A DNA stretch of 64,000 bases from contig JAVYWL010000002.1 in assembly GCA_038727135.1 (NCBI GenBank), positions 128,001-192,000 on the forward strand, given 5' to 3'. The notes under the pieces were generated by a model. It was not told the DNA's origin. It saw only the letters and a program-made list of their open reading frames with translations, and ran no database searches. How positions within the stretch are numbered: position 1 is the stretch's first letter; the number at the start of each line of letters is the position of its first letter. The position numbers and the translations under genes were made by a program. Source of the DNA: Candidatus Bathyarchaeia archaeon. GTDB taxonomy: Archaea; Thermoproteota; Bathyarchaeia; Bathyarchaeales; Bathycorpusculaceae. Shown piece after piece: positions 49,348 through 58,217 of this stretch.

Positions 49348-50673
49348 TTAAAGATTACGTGACAGCAACTCAAAAGCATGTCTTTCGGCTTTTTCAACAA
49401 CCGTGTGCTCATCCAACGTTTTGACAATCCTATTTTCCATCAAGATTTTGCCGTCAACTATTACCGTGTCCACGTCGCTTCCCCTTGCAGAGTATACCAT
49501 GGCGGCGTAAATGTTGTGCAGAGGCTTTAGATGAGGCTTTCCCAAATCAACCAGAATTATGTCCGCTTTTTTCCCAACTTCCAATGAACCTATAATTCTT
49601 TCAAATCCTAAAGCTTTAGCCCCATTTATGGTCGCCATCTTTAAAACTTCATAAGCGGATAAAACTTCAGGCTTCTTGTAAATGAACTTTTGGAGTAGGG
49701 CCCCAAACTTCATGGTCTCAAACATGTCAAGGGAATTATTACTTGCCGGCCCATCGGTCCCCAGCGCAGTATTAACCCCTAACTCTATGAGTTCTTTGGC
49801 TTTTGCGGCGTTTAACCCAAGCTTCATGTTGGCCACCGGCACATAAACGGCGTTTACGTTGCTCCTCGCCAACATGTGCATATCCTTCTCGGTTAAGTTA
49901 ATGCAGTGGGCCGCTAGGACATGAACGCCAAAAAATCCAAGCCTTTCCAAGAATTCAACTTCGCCACAGCCATACTTTTCCTCATATTCCTTGAATAGTT
50001 CCGCCGACTCCGCCAAGTGAATATGAACGCCAACTCCGAGTTCTCGGGCTTTATCCCTAACTTCGGCAAGCAGTTCTGGGCTGCAACTGTAAGCCGCATG
50101 AGGCCCAAGCATTGTTTTCACTCTTCCATCTACATATCCATTAAAGGACTTGGCGAAGTTGACGCTCGCGTTTAGCATCTTCTCGCCTCGTGTCTTATCT
50201 CCAGCCTCAATGATGCCTTCAGCCAAAACAGCCCTTAAACCGCTTTCAGAAACCGCCCTAGCAACTGAGTCCTCATAGAAGTACATGTCTGCAAAGCATG
50301 TGGTCCCACTTTTCAGCATTTCCAAACAGCCCAAAAGGGCCCCAACATAAACATCGTCCCGCGTCAGCTTCGCCTCCAAAGGCCAAATAGTCTCCCGAAG
50401 CCACACATCCAAGGGCTTGTCTTCGGCCAACCCCCTAAAAAGAGTCATAGCCACATGAGTATGACAGTTAATCAGTCCGGGAAGCGCAACTTTACCCTTC
50501 GCGTTTAGCTTTTTATCCGCCGATATACCAACTGTCGAATCATATTTGCCAACAAAAATTATTTCCCCATTCTTTATGGCTATGGCACCATTCTCAACAG
50601 CGTCTACGCCGCCGTCCTTCATAGGTAAAACCGTGCATCCATAAATCAAGATGTCAGCCTTCACAAGCACCAC
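49348..50673 (-). CDS. Amidohydrolase, MTA/SAH deaminase family
   Basis: NCHTH, GPHA, HIHLAE, GTDGPASNN and GKKADI motifs. Confidence 0.88.
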   Translation of the reverse strand: MVLVKADILIYGCTVLPMKDGGVDAVENGAIAIKNGEIIFVGKYDSTVGISADKKLNAKGKVALPGLINCHTHVAMTLFRGLAEDKPLDVWLRETIWPLEAKLTRDDVYVGALLGCLEMLKSGTTCFADMYFYEDSVARAVSESGLRAVLAEGIIEAGDKTRGEKMLNASVNFAKSFNGYVDGRVKTMLGPHAAYSCSPELLAEVRDKARELGVGVHIHLAESAELFKEYEEKYGCGEVEFLERLGFFGVHVLAAHCINLTEKDMHMLARSNVNAVYVPVANMKLGLNAAKAKELIELGVNTALGTDGPASNNSLDMFETMKFGALLQKFIYKKPEVLSAYEVLKMATINGAKALGFERIIGSLEVGKKADIILVDLGKPHLKPLHNIYAAMVYSARGSDVDTVIVDGKILMENRIVKTLDEHTVVEKAERHAFELLSRNL

Positions 50674-50767
50674 AAAAACTAGAAGAGTGTGTGAAAAATA
50701 AAAAGTGTGCTAGCTGGCTACTTGATTTTCCGGGCCTTCTCCCCTCCGCAAGCAAATTAGGCTAGTT

Positions 50768-51244
50768 TTAGAAGCTGAATCCGTGGTTATGCTTCTCTAC
50801 CCTCTTAACCAGAGAGTGCAAAGCCGGCTGCGCCAAATCTTCGCCTATAGCAGAGCCTTTTGGAACCCCGGTTGCGCCAATCTTCTTGCAAATGAAGTTA
50901 AGCGAATCCTCAGTGAAGTTCAGGAGGTTTTGTCCCTCAGCCGTAAGCTTGTAAACTTTTCTGGGGCGTTCGTTTGACATGTCCCACTCACTTTTGACAT
51001 AGCCGCTCTTTTCCAGGGCGTTCAAAAGTGGGTAAATTGTGCTTGGGCCGAAGTATACGCCGAAGTTTTTGCGGATTTTGGTTATTATCTGGTAGCCGTG
51101 CATGGGCTGAGAGCTTAGGAACTGAAGCACTATCAGGTCTAGGAGGCCCTTCATAAGTTTAACTTGGACCTCTTTTGAGCTGTTCACCACGGCTTTTCCC
51201 ATCCTTTTCTGTATTTTTGTTAGACACGAATACGATATGTCCAC
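50768..51244 (-). CDS. PadR family regulator
   Basis: HGYQI, STIYPLL and RKVYKLT motifs. Confidence 0.9.
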   Translation of the reverse strand: MDISYSCLTKIQKRMGKAVVNSSKEVQVKLMKGLLDLIVLQFLSSQPMHGYQIITKIRKNFGVYFGPSTIYPLLNALEKSGYVKSEWDMSNERPRKVYKLTAEGQNLLNFTEDSLNFICKKIGATGVPKGSAIGEDLAQPALHSLVKRVEKHNHGFSF

Positions 51245-51306
51245 TTTTAGACATATCTCAAGACTCTATAAAGCATAAACAAAAATATAAAGGTTCACGC
51301 TTACCG

Positions 51307-51343
51307 AAAACATAAAAAAGCATAACAAAAGCATAACAAAAGC
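51307..51343 (+). repeat. 11-bp tandem repeats (AAAGCATAACA) between the divergent PadR genes
   Basis: Copies at 51317-51327 and 51328-51338, with partial copies at 51271, 51307 and 51339. Confidence 0.6.
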
Positions 51344-51417
51344 TATTCCAAAACATGCATAATCCATATAAACCCAACAAAGATAAGTCAAAAACAGAAC
51401 ACAAAAAGGCAAACAAA

Positions 51418-51735
51418 ATGGAAGAAAACCTCAAAAAAGAAATTGTTCAACACATAACCAAAAACCTACTAGACATCCAAATAATGTGCCTAGTAAGCAA
51501 AGAACCAGCATGGGGATACAAAATAAAAAAGCAAATAGAAGCCTTCTCTGGACTAAAAATACGCCACGGAGCCCTATACCCACTACTCAAAAAACTTGAA
51601 AACAAAGGTCTAATAAAAAGCCAAAAACAACAGCAAGGAAAACGCACAAGAAAAGTATACACAATAACCGATAAAGGAAAAACATATATAAACGTATATT
51701 ATCATGTGCTGAAAGAGCAATGGGGTATTAATTAA
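51418..51735 (+). CDS. PadR family regulator (start likely ATG 51418)
   Basis: WGYKI, GALYPLL and RKVYTIT motifs. Confidence 0.88.
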   Translation: MEENLKKEIVQHITKNLLDIQIMCLVSKEPAWGYKIKKQIEAFSGLKIRHGALYPLLKKLENKGLIKSQKQQQGKRTRKVYTITDKGKTYINVYYHVLKEQWGIN

Positions 51736-51776
51736 TTTTAAGTGATTTAAAGTGACTATACTTAAAATGAAGAATT

Positions 51777-52763
51777 ATGACTCCTAAAATTGGTAAAATA
51801 GTTGTCGCTGATCTTAAAAAGCGAAGTAAGAAAGGGTTAAGGTTGGCTAAGCAAATACTTAAAGCGGAGAAAATTGGGAATCCAACACTGCGTGAGGCGC
51901 TTGAACACTATGTTGAATATTGGAGCGACTTTGTCCACCCAGGATTATTCTCAATAGCATGTGAAGCTGTCGGAGGCAGCATCGACAACCTTCGATTAGC
52001 ACAAGCATCAATAGCCATGATGGCAGCAGCATTTGACATACATGATGACATACTAGACAAGTCTAAAGTTAAATATGGAATACCTACAGTTTACGGCAAG
52101 TTTGGTGCTGAAATTGCGCTTCTCCTAGGCGATGCACTATTAATAGAGAGTTTCAAACTTTTTATTGATTCAACAAGAATGTTGCCAAAGAAAACAATTA
52201 GGAGCGCGCTTAGCACAATTAAAAAATTAACTTTCGAGGTTGGCAACGCGCATGTTTTTGAGGTTGTCATAAAAAAAGGGAGGGAGGTTACACCGGATAA
52301 TTATATGCAGGTCATTAAGATGAAAGCGGCTGGAATTGAGTTGGACATGCACCTCGGTGCACTTTTGGGTGGAGGAACTACAAAAGATGTTAAAGTTTTG
52401 GCAAAATTGGGTAGAATAATTGGGATTTTGGGCATGCTTCGTGAAGAATTTATCGATATTTTTGAAGTAGAAGAGCTTTCTCAACGAATCGCTGTCCAGG
52501 ATTTACCATTACCTATAATATTTGCAATGCGCGATCATAAAGCAAAAATAAAGCTATCAAGCATTATTTCAAAGCCTAAAATAACGAACGAAGATGTTGA
52601 TGAACTATTAGACATAGTTTTCGAATCTGATAAAATTGTCAACTTAAAAAGAAAAATGCAATGCCTACAGAGGCAAGGATTGGAGCTTATTAAAGTAATC
52701 CACAATAATGAACCTAAAAATAAATTAGAGTCTATTTTACTTTTTATGCTTGAGGACTTGTAG
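51777..52763 (+). CDS. Divergent polyprenyl synthetase-fold protein
   Basis: First Asp-rich motif DIHDDILD, LLGDALL and KMKA; second motif degenerate (REEFID). Confidence 0.8.
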   Translation: MTPKIGKIVVADLKKRSKKGLRLAKQILKAEKIGNPTLREALEHYVEYWSDFVHPGLFSIACEAVGGSIDNLRLAQASIAMMAAAFDIHDDILDKSKVKYGIPTVYGKFGAEIALLLGDALLIESFKLFIDSTRMLPKKTIRSALSTIKKLTFEVGNAHVFEVVIKKGREVTPDNYMQVIKMKAAGIELDMHLGALLGGGTTKDVKVLAKLGRIIGILGMLREEFIDIFEVEELSQRIAVQDLPLPIIFAMRDHKAKIKLSSIISKPKITNEDVDELLDIVFESDKIVNLKRKMQCLQRQGLELIKVIHNNEPKNKLESILLFMLEDL

Positions 52764-52774
52764 TAGTAACTAAA

Positions 52775-52834
52775 TTACATACCAGCTCTAATCGGAATTT
52801 CTCTCTTTTTAGCTCTTTTTATTGCGCCTTTCAC
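52775..52834 (-). CDS. Putative 19-aa peptide MKGAIKRAKKREIPIRAGM
   Basis: GTG...TAA ORF located downstream of a leftward BRE/TATA at 52871-52882. Confidence 0.4.
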   Translation of the reverse strand: MKGAIKRAKKREIPIRAGM

Positions 52835-52870
52835 CCTTCATCCCTGTATTAGTGTACAACAAATCTACTA

Positions 52871-52898
52871 ATAAAACTTTCTGCGAAGAAAGTTTTAT
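52871..52898. promoter_or_regulatory. Perfect 12-bp inverted repeat forming back-to-back BRE/TATA promoters
   Basis: ATAAAACTTTCT-GCGA-AGAAAGTTTTAT. Confidence 0.7.
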
Positions 52899-52931
52899 CT
52901 TGTAGGGCTACTATTAGCGAGCTAGAAAAAG

Positions 52932-54164
52932 ATGACCATCACAAAATTGTCTAAAAAGAAAAACGCATTAACAAGATCTTCTTCGTCAGTCTTCTTGGTA
53001 ATCAATAGTTTTGTGTGGTTCACATTAACTCATGCTGCTTTTAACACAGCAGTAAATGAGGCAATTTTGTCTGAAAACGAAAAACTAAGCTTATTTACTT
53101 TCTACTATGTAGGTATTGCAGTTTCAGCAGTGGTAGGTTCAAAATTTTTCCCTCAAAAACGGGTTAAATACCTTAAATTATGGCCTTTTATTGGGGGTAT
53201 TGCCACACTTTTAATGTCTGCTTTTTTTGTTAATAACCTAGCAGTTAACATATTACTTGCCTTTTTCCTCGGTATTTCTATTGGAGTAGGGTTTCCTTCT
53301 TGCATGGGAAATTTTGCTGATTCAACATTCATCGAGGAACGAGGTTTTATAGGCGGAGTGGTATGGAGCGCCGTAGGATTCTTTGTATTACTTTTTGCCA
53401 TTTTAATAAGTATGTTTGGGCGATTGGAAATGATCATTATGTTAGCGCTGTGGCGATTCCTCGGAGGCGCTGGTTTTCTATTTATGCAACAAAAATGTGA
53501 GACATTTCACACTCGGAAATCTCTCAGTTACGCAGAGATCCTTCATAAAAAAGATACATTGCTATATTTATTTCCATGGATTCTGTTTTGTATTATAAAC
53601 TGGGCAGAAATACCGATAATAGAAAAAGCCTTTACAGCTGTAGGAATAGATTTTTCATTCGTTTTACTTGTGGAATTTGCGCTTATAGGTGTCTTTGCGC
53701 TACTGGGAGGGATTATTGCAGACGCTATAGGTAGAAAACGCGTAGTTATTGCCGGATTCATAATGTTGGGCATAGAATATGCTGCAATGAGTATATCTTT
53801 CAACTCTCCCATAACTTTATATCTATTTTTAACTTTTGACGGCTCAACATGGGGATTGTTTTTTTCAGTTTTCTTTATGACTCTTTGGGGAGATCTTGGC
53901 GAAAATTATGAAAAAGAAAAATACTACATTTTAGGCGGTCTTCCATACCTTCTTGCAGGTTTCGTGTCAGTTTTAATTGAACCCTACGTTCGCGTCATTT
54001 CTTCAGCGGCGGCATTTTCTTTTGCAAGTTTTTTCTTGTTCTTGGCTGTTGTTCCTTTAATGTTTGCTCCCGAGACTTTGCCTGAAAAAGCGCTCAAGGA
54101 GAGGGAGCTTCGGAGTTATATTGAGAAGGCTAAGCGGGTTAGGGAAAAGTTTACGAAGAGCTGA
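52932..54164 (+). CDS. MFS-fold membrane protein
   Basis: About 12 TM helices; GIIADAIGRK and APETLP motifs. Confidence 0.82.
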   Translation: MTITKLSKKKNALTRSSSSVFLVINSFVWFTLTHAAFNTAVNEAILSENEKLSLFTFYYVGIAVSAVVGSKFFPQKRVKYLKLWPFIGGIATLLMSAFFVNNLAVNILLAFFLGISIGVGFPSCMGNFADSTFIEERGFIGGVVWSAVGFFVLLFAILISMFGRLEMIIMLALWRFLGGAGFLFMQQKCETFHTRKSLSYAEILHKKDTLLYLFPWILFCIINWAEIPIIEKAFTAVGIDFSFVLLVEFALIGVFALLGGIIADAIGRKRVVIAGFIMLGIEYAAMSISFNSPITLYLFLTFDGSTWGLFFSVFFMTLWGDLGENYEKEKYYILGGLPYLLAGFVSVLIEPYVRVISSAAAFSFASFFLFLAVVPLMFAPETLPEKALKERELRSYIEKAKRVREKFTKS

Positions 54165-54176
54165 TTAGCTTTTGCT

Positions 54177-55313
54177 TTGCTGGTGGGCTGTGTGTTCTTT
54201 CATGTTATGTTGACGACTGAGTGTGACTTGGAGTGTCGTTATTGTTTTGGTGAAGCCTTAGAGGATTTTTGCGGCGGTTTTGGCGGTTTTGATGTTGATT
54301 ATTCTTTGCCTAAGCGTTTAGGCTATGATGTTAGCTTGCTAGAGCGTTTTTGTGGGCTTGATTCTGATTGTGTTTTGATTTTTTATGGTGGTGAGCCTCT
54401 TTTATGCTTGGATGATGTTAAGCGTATAATGGATAGCGTTAATGCGAGGCGTTTTGCTGTTCAGACGAATGGTTTACATTTGAGCTGTTTAGAACCAGCC
54501 TATGTTAATCGTTTTAGTGTTATTTTGGTGTCTGTCGATGGGGATGAGGCCCTAACCGATTATTATCGTGGTGGGGGCGTTTACCGTCGGGTTGTGGAGA
54601 ATTTGAGGCAGATTAAGCGTAATGGCTTTAATGGTGAGGTTATTGCTCGGATGACTGTTATGGAGGAAACTGACATCTATGGGCAGGTTTTGTGGCTTCT
54701 AGGCAATGATGATTTTGCCTTTTCTTCTGTTCATTGGCAGCTTAACGCTGGTTTTTGGAACGATTTTGAGAGGCGGAATTTCAAAGAATGGGTTGAGAGA
54801 AGTTATAATCCTGGAATTCGCCGCCTCGTGAAGTTTTGGGTTGACCAGATGGAGAAGCACGGCGTTGTTTTGAGGCTTTACCCGTTTTTGGGCGTGGCGC
54901 AGTCTCTTTTGCTTGGTGAGGAAAAGTCGCCTTTAAGATGTGGCGCTGGTTGGATTAATTATGCTATTCAGACGGATGGGCATATTGTGCCTTGTCCAAG
55001 CATGTGGGGCATGCGGGACTTCTATGTTGGGCACATTAGCACTGCGCATCCATTGAGGCTTAGGAAGGTTTTTGTGGGCGAGCCTTGCACAAGCTGTGGA
55101 ATTTTCGGCGTTTGTGGCGGCAGATGCCTATACGCCAACCTCACGAGGCGCTGGAGTCCAGAAGCCTATAGGCTTGTCTGCAAAACCGTTGAGAACATGA
55201 TTAATGCCATAATGGATGAGTTGCCGAGAATTAGGGAGCTTATTAGAACTGGCAGGATAAGGGTTGAGGATTTCAACTTTTTAAAGTATGTTGGTTGTGA
55301 AATAATTCCGTAG
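54177..55313 (+). CDS. Radical SAM/SPASM protein, AF0577 (TIGR04084)-like
   Basis: CDLECRYC, YGGEPL, CGAG...PCP, CTSC...CGGRC and terminal GCEIIP. Confidence 0.85.
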   Translation: MLVGCVFFHVMLTTECDLECRYCFGEALEDFCGGFGGFDVDYSLPKRLGYDVSLLERFCGLDSDCVLIFYGGEPLLCLDDVKRIMDSVNARRFAVQTNGLHLSCLEPAYVNRFSVILVSVDGDEALTDYYRGGGVYRRVVENLRQIKRNGFNGEVIARMTVMEETDIYGQVLWLLGNDDFAFSSVHWQLNAGFWNDFERRNFKEWVERSYNPGIRRLVKFWVDQMEKHGVVLRLYPFLGVAQSLLLGEEKSPLRCGAGWINYAIQTDGHIVPCPSMWGMRDFYVGHISTAHPLRLRKVFVGEPCTSCGIFGVCGGRCLYANLTRRWSPEAYRLVCKTVENMINAIMDELPRIRELIRTGRIRVEDFNFLKYVGCEIIP

Positions 55314-55506
55314 TAGCGTATGGTCATATTTGTGGCTACTGGGATTTAACAAATATGCTAACTTCTCTAAGTTTTCCACCACAACTTTCCCATTTGGAAG
55401 GGAAAATAAGCTAAACTGCAATTTTATTTTCGCTACCTCCTTCTCCTCTAGACTTTGAGGTAAGATTTAAACCTGAAAATGCGCCTACTTCAATTGTGAG
55501 TTAAGA

Positions 55507-56214
55507 TTGCCCGCCTTCTTGGAAATTGAAGGGAGAATTGTGGAAGGAGTTTTTAGGAAGCGGCTGACCCGTTTTTCGGCACAGGTGGAGGTTGGCGGGA
55601 AAAATGTTGAGTGCTTTTTGCCTAACCCTGGAAGGCTCAGCGAGCTGCTGTTTTCTGGCGTTAGGGTTGTCTTGAAAGAGGCGGCGATCGTCGGTTTCAG
55701 GAAGACTGTTTACGACCTTGTAGGCGTTTATCATGGTGGCAAAGTGGTTTCCGTTGACGCCCGCATACCCAACAAGCTTGTTTTTAAAGCGTTGAAGAAC
55801 GGTGACTTGCCGGAGTTTCTTGGCTACATAGTTATTAAATCTGAGCACCCTTATGGGCGTGCAAAGTTCGACTTTCTCCTTGAAGGTTTAGGGCTTAAAT
55901 CATGCCTTTTGGAGGTTAAGTCTTGCACTCTTGTCCGTTACGGGATTGCAATGTTTCCAGACGCCCCAACCGAGAGAGGTACGCGACAACTTTTTGAGCT
56001 TGTTAAAGCCTTAAAGGATGGTTATAGGGCTGCTGTGCTTTTTGTTATTCAAAGAGACGATGCCTACCGGTTTACAGCGAATGATGAGACGGATCCAAAA
56101 TTTGGCAGGGCTCTTCGGGAAGCCTATAGGCAGGGGGTGGAGGTTTATGCTTACTCGGCGAGTTTTGCCGAAAATAGGGTTTGGCTTAACGGAAGGGTTA
56201 GGGTTTTGCTTTAG
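55507..56214 (+). CDS. sfsA: SfsA nuclease family protein
   Basis: NPGRL, LEVKSCTL, FPDAPTERG and FVIQR motifs. Confidence 0.92.
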   Translation: MPAFLEIEGRIVEGVFRKRLTRFSAQVEVGGKNVECFLPNPGRLSELLFSGVRVVLKEAAIVGFRKTVYDLVGVYHGGKVVSVDARIPNKLVFKALKNGDLPEFLGYIVIKSEHPYGRAKFDFLLEGLGLKSCLLEVKSCTLVRYGIAMFPDAPTERGTRQLFELVKALKDGYRAAVLFVIQRDDAYRFTANDETDPKFGRALREAYRQGVEVYAYSASFAENRVWLNGRVRVLL

Positions 56215-56264
56215 CCATGTTGATTTGAGCCGCTAAAAAGGGAAATTATAAAAATAGGTTTTGC

Positions 56265-56918
56265 ATGAGAAAATTTAACCCAAAAATGATGGAGATGGCG
56301 TTGATGGCCAAGGCTGTGCAGAGGAAGTTTGTGGCTGTTGACCCTGCCAAGTGCACGGGCTGCAGCCTATGCGAATACGTTTGTGTTTTGGAAAAGAATG
56401 AGCCTTTATGGAATCCTTTAAGGTCTAGGATCAGGGTTATACGCCTAACACCAGCCTTTAACCTGGCTTTGACATGCCGCTTCTGTGAGAACGCCCCATG
56501 TGTTAGGGCTTGTCCGAGGAAAGCCTTAACCCAGTCTGAGGAGGGCTTCATCCTTGTTGATGAAGCTAAATGTGACCGATGCGGCTGGTGTATACAGGCT
56601 TGCCCGTATGGCGGGGTTTCTCTCCACCCGGATAAAACTTCTGTTTTGGTTTGCGACCTTTGTAAAGACAAGCCAGAGGGACCCCAATGCGTGGAGTTTT
56701 GTCCAGAAGAAGCCCTGGAACTTGTGAGCGGAAATGATGTTGTAACTAAGAAGTGGCTGACTGCCATGGAAAAGATACCATCAAACATTGAGAAGCTGAC
56801 AAACCTTGTTAATAGGCGGGAGTGGGCTGTCCTATTTGAAGAAGCCGAAGACAGGGCGAAGAGGCTTTCAGAAAAGCTTGAGGCAATTAACAAAAAGTGG
56901 GGCTACAAGCTAAGGTAG
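56265..56918 (+). CDS. 4Fe-4S dicluster protein (DmsB/CooF-like)
   Basis: Four CxxCxxCxxxC-type clusters. Confidence 0.88.
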   Translation: MRKFNPKMMEMALMAKAVQRKFVAVDPAKCTGCSLCEYVCVLEKNEPLWNPLRSRIRVIRLTPAFNLALTCRFCENAPCVRACPRKALTQSEEGFILVDEAKCDRCGWCIQACPYGGVSLHPDKTSVLVCDLCKDKPEGPQCVEFCPEEALELVSGNDVVTKKWLTAMEKIPSNIEKLTNLVNRREWAVLFEEAEDRAKRLSEKLEAINKKWGYKLR

Positions 56919-56989
56919 CAGTATAATAAATCCTTTTGGGGAATATTTATATCTCACCATATTCATATTTTTTGGTGAAGATGATATAA

Positions 56990-57232
56990 ATGGCAGAAAT
57001 CGTCGTAAAAGAAATCGACTCTCAAGGGAGAGTGTCAATTCCAGCACGCTGGCGGAAGAATTTTAAATCTCGTAAACTTGCGTTGATAAAACGGGGAAAT
57101 AGAATAGAAATAGTTTCTGTGGAAGCACTTTCACCTTCCGCATTGTTCGACTCAATAAGAGTTTCTGAAAATGTGGATTTTACTGATTCCCATGCTCTTA
57201 AGAAGGCTTTGTCGGAGCTTAATGAACGTTGA
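56990..57232 (+). CDS. AbrB/MazE-type antitoxin
   Basis: IDSQGRVSIPARWR; overlaps the PIN gene. Confidence 0.88.
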   Translation: MAEIVVKEIDSQGRVSIPARWRKNFKSRKLALIKRGNRIEIVSVEALSPSALFDSIRVSENVDFTDSHALKKALSELNER

Positions 57233-57651
57233 AGTTTGTAGATTCAAACATTTTTCTTCACGCTTACCTGGTCCCCCGTAGAACTTTAACAAAAGATGAG
57301 CAGAGAGTTAAGGACGAAGCCAAAGCTATTGTGAGGAGGATAGAAGAGGGCGAAGAGGTCGCCATCACAGTTGTTCACCTTTCAGAAGTTGTAAATGTAG
57401 TGGAGGCGGGACTTGGCATTAAGGAATCTTTGGGCTTTTTGGCATGGGTTGTGACAAGCGAAAATGTGAAGGTGTACTCGGTTGGCGCAAAAGACTATGA
57501 GGCAGCGTTACTATTGGCGAAAGAAAAAGAGATAGGTGCCAATGATGCTTTGGCTTATTTATTCATGAAGGCTCATGGGATAAGCGAAATTTACACCTTC
57601 GACAAACACTTTAAAAAATTAGGGGACATAACAAAACTGCCAGAAATGTAG
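57229..57651 (+). CDS. vapC: VapC PIN-domain toxin
   Basis: FVDSNIF, HLSEV, NDAL and IYTFDKHF motifs. Confidence 0.9.
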   Translation: MKFVDSNIFLHAYLVPRRTLTKDEQRVKDEAKAIVRRIEEGEEVAITVVHLSEVVNVVEAGLGIKESLGFLAWVVTSENVKVYSVGAKDYEAALLLAKEKEIGANDALAYLFMKAHGISEIYTFDKHFKKLGDITKLPEM

Positions 57652-57661
57652 GTTTTTCACA

Positions 57662-58012
57662 TTAAAGTTTGCTTTCACAGTCGAAGCATAAGTCGTTTTC
57701 ACGGTTTGTCCAGAAGACTTTGCCGCATCGCTTGCATGTTGTTTTCCGCAGTAAGCCTTTTTCCTCTGTTTTTGTCGGTGTAAAGGCGAATTGTGGCTTT
57801 GGGAAGGTTATGGCTTTTTTGTGGCATAGGGGTTCGCATGCCGTGCAGCCGTTAACACATTTGTGGGGATTGGCTACGACTGCCTTACCGTCTATGAAGG
57901 CGAATACGCCGTTTGGGCAGTATTCCACACAGCGGGGCTTGCCAAAAGGCGCACAGCCATCACACTTTTCTGGAAAGACTGTCGGATACCACGGGGTGCA
58001 AGCCCTAGCCAT
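57662..58012 (-). CDS. Ferredoxin with a C-terminal Zn ribbon
   Basis: CDGC...CVEYCP, CVNGCTACEPLC and CKRC...CFDC. Confidence 0.85.
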   Translation of the reverse strand: MARACTPWYPTVFPEKCDGCAPFGKPRCVEYCPNGVFAFIDGKAVVANPHKCVNGCTACEPLCHKKAITFPKPQFAFTPTKTEEKGLLRKTTCKRCGKVFWTNRENDLCFDCESKL

Positions 58013-58021
58013 AGGTGCTTT

Positions 58022-58216
58022 TCACCTTTTCATGCTCTTGCGGCAGTCATAGCAGTATTCCGTTTCAAAGTTTGTTAGGAAAGTTTTGCCGCAGCCCTTG
58101 CACTGCACTTCTTTAAGCATGCCCTCTTTTATTGGCTGAACAGCCTTTAGGGATTCTGCTGCCTCTTGGGCGCATGGGCAGGGGCGCTTAACTCCAAAAT
58201 CGTTTTGGCTTGTCAT
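58022..58216 (-). CDS. Small Cys-rich Zn-ribbon protein
   Basis: CPC and CKGC...CYDC; operon spacing. Confidence 0.75.
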   Translation of the reverse strand: MTSQNDFGVKRPCPCAQEAAESLKAVQPIKEGMLKEVQCKGCGKTFLTNFETEYCYDCRKSMKR

Positions 58217-58217
58217 G

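Noticed and set aside
55280-55445. Short minus-strand ORF after a strong AGGAGG, considered as a radical SAM precursor peptide
   Set aside because: Overlaps the radical SAM 3' end on the opposite strand, has poor start spacing and shows no precursor features
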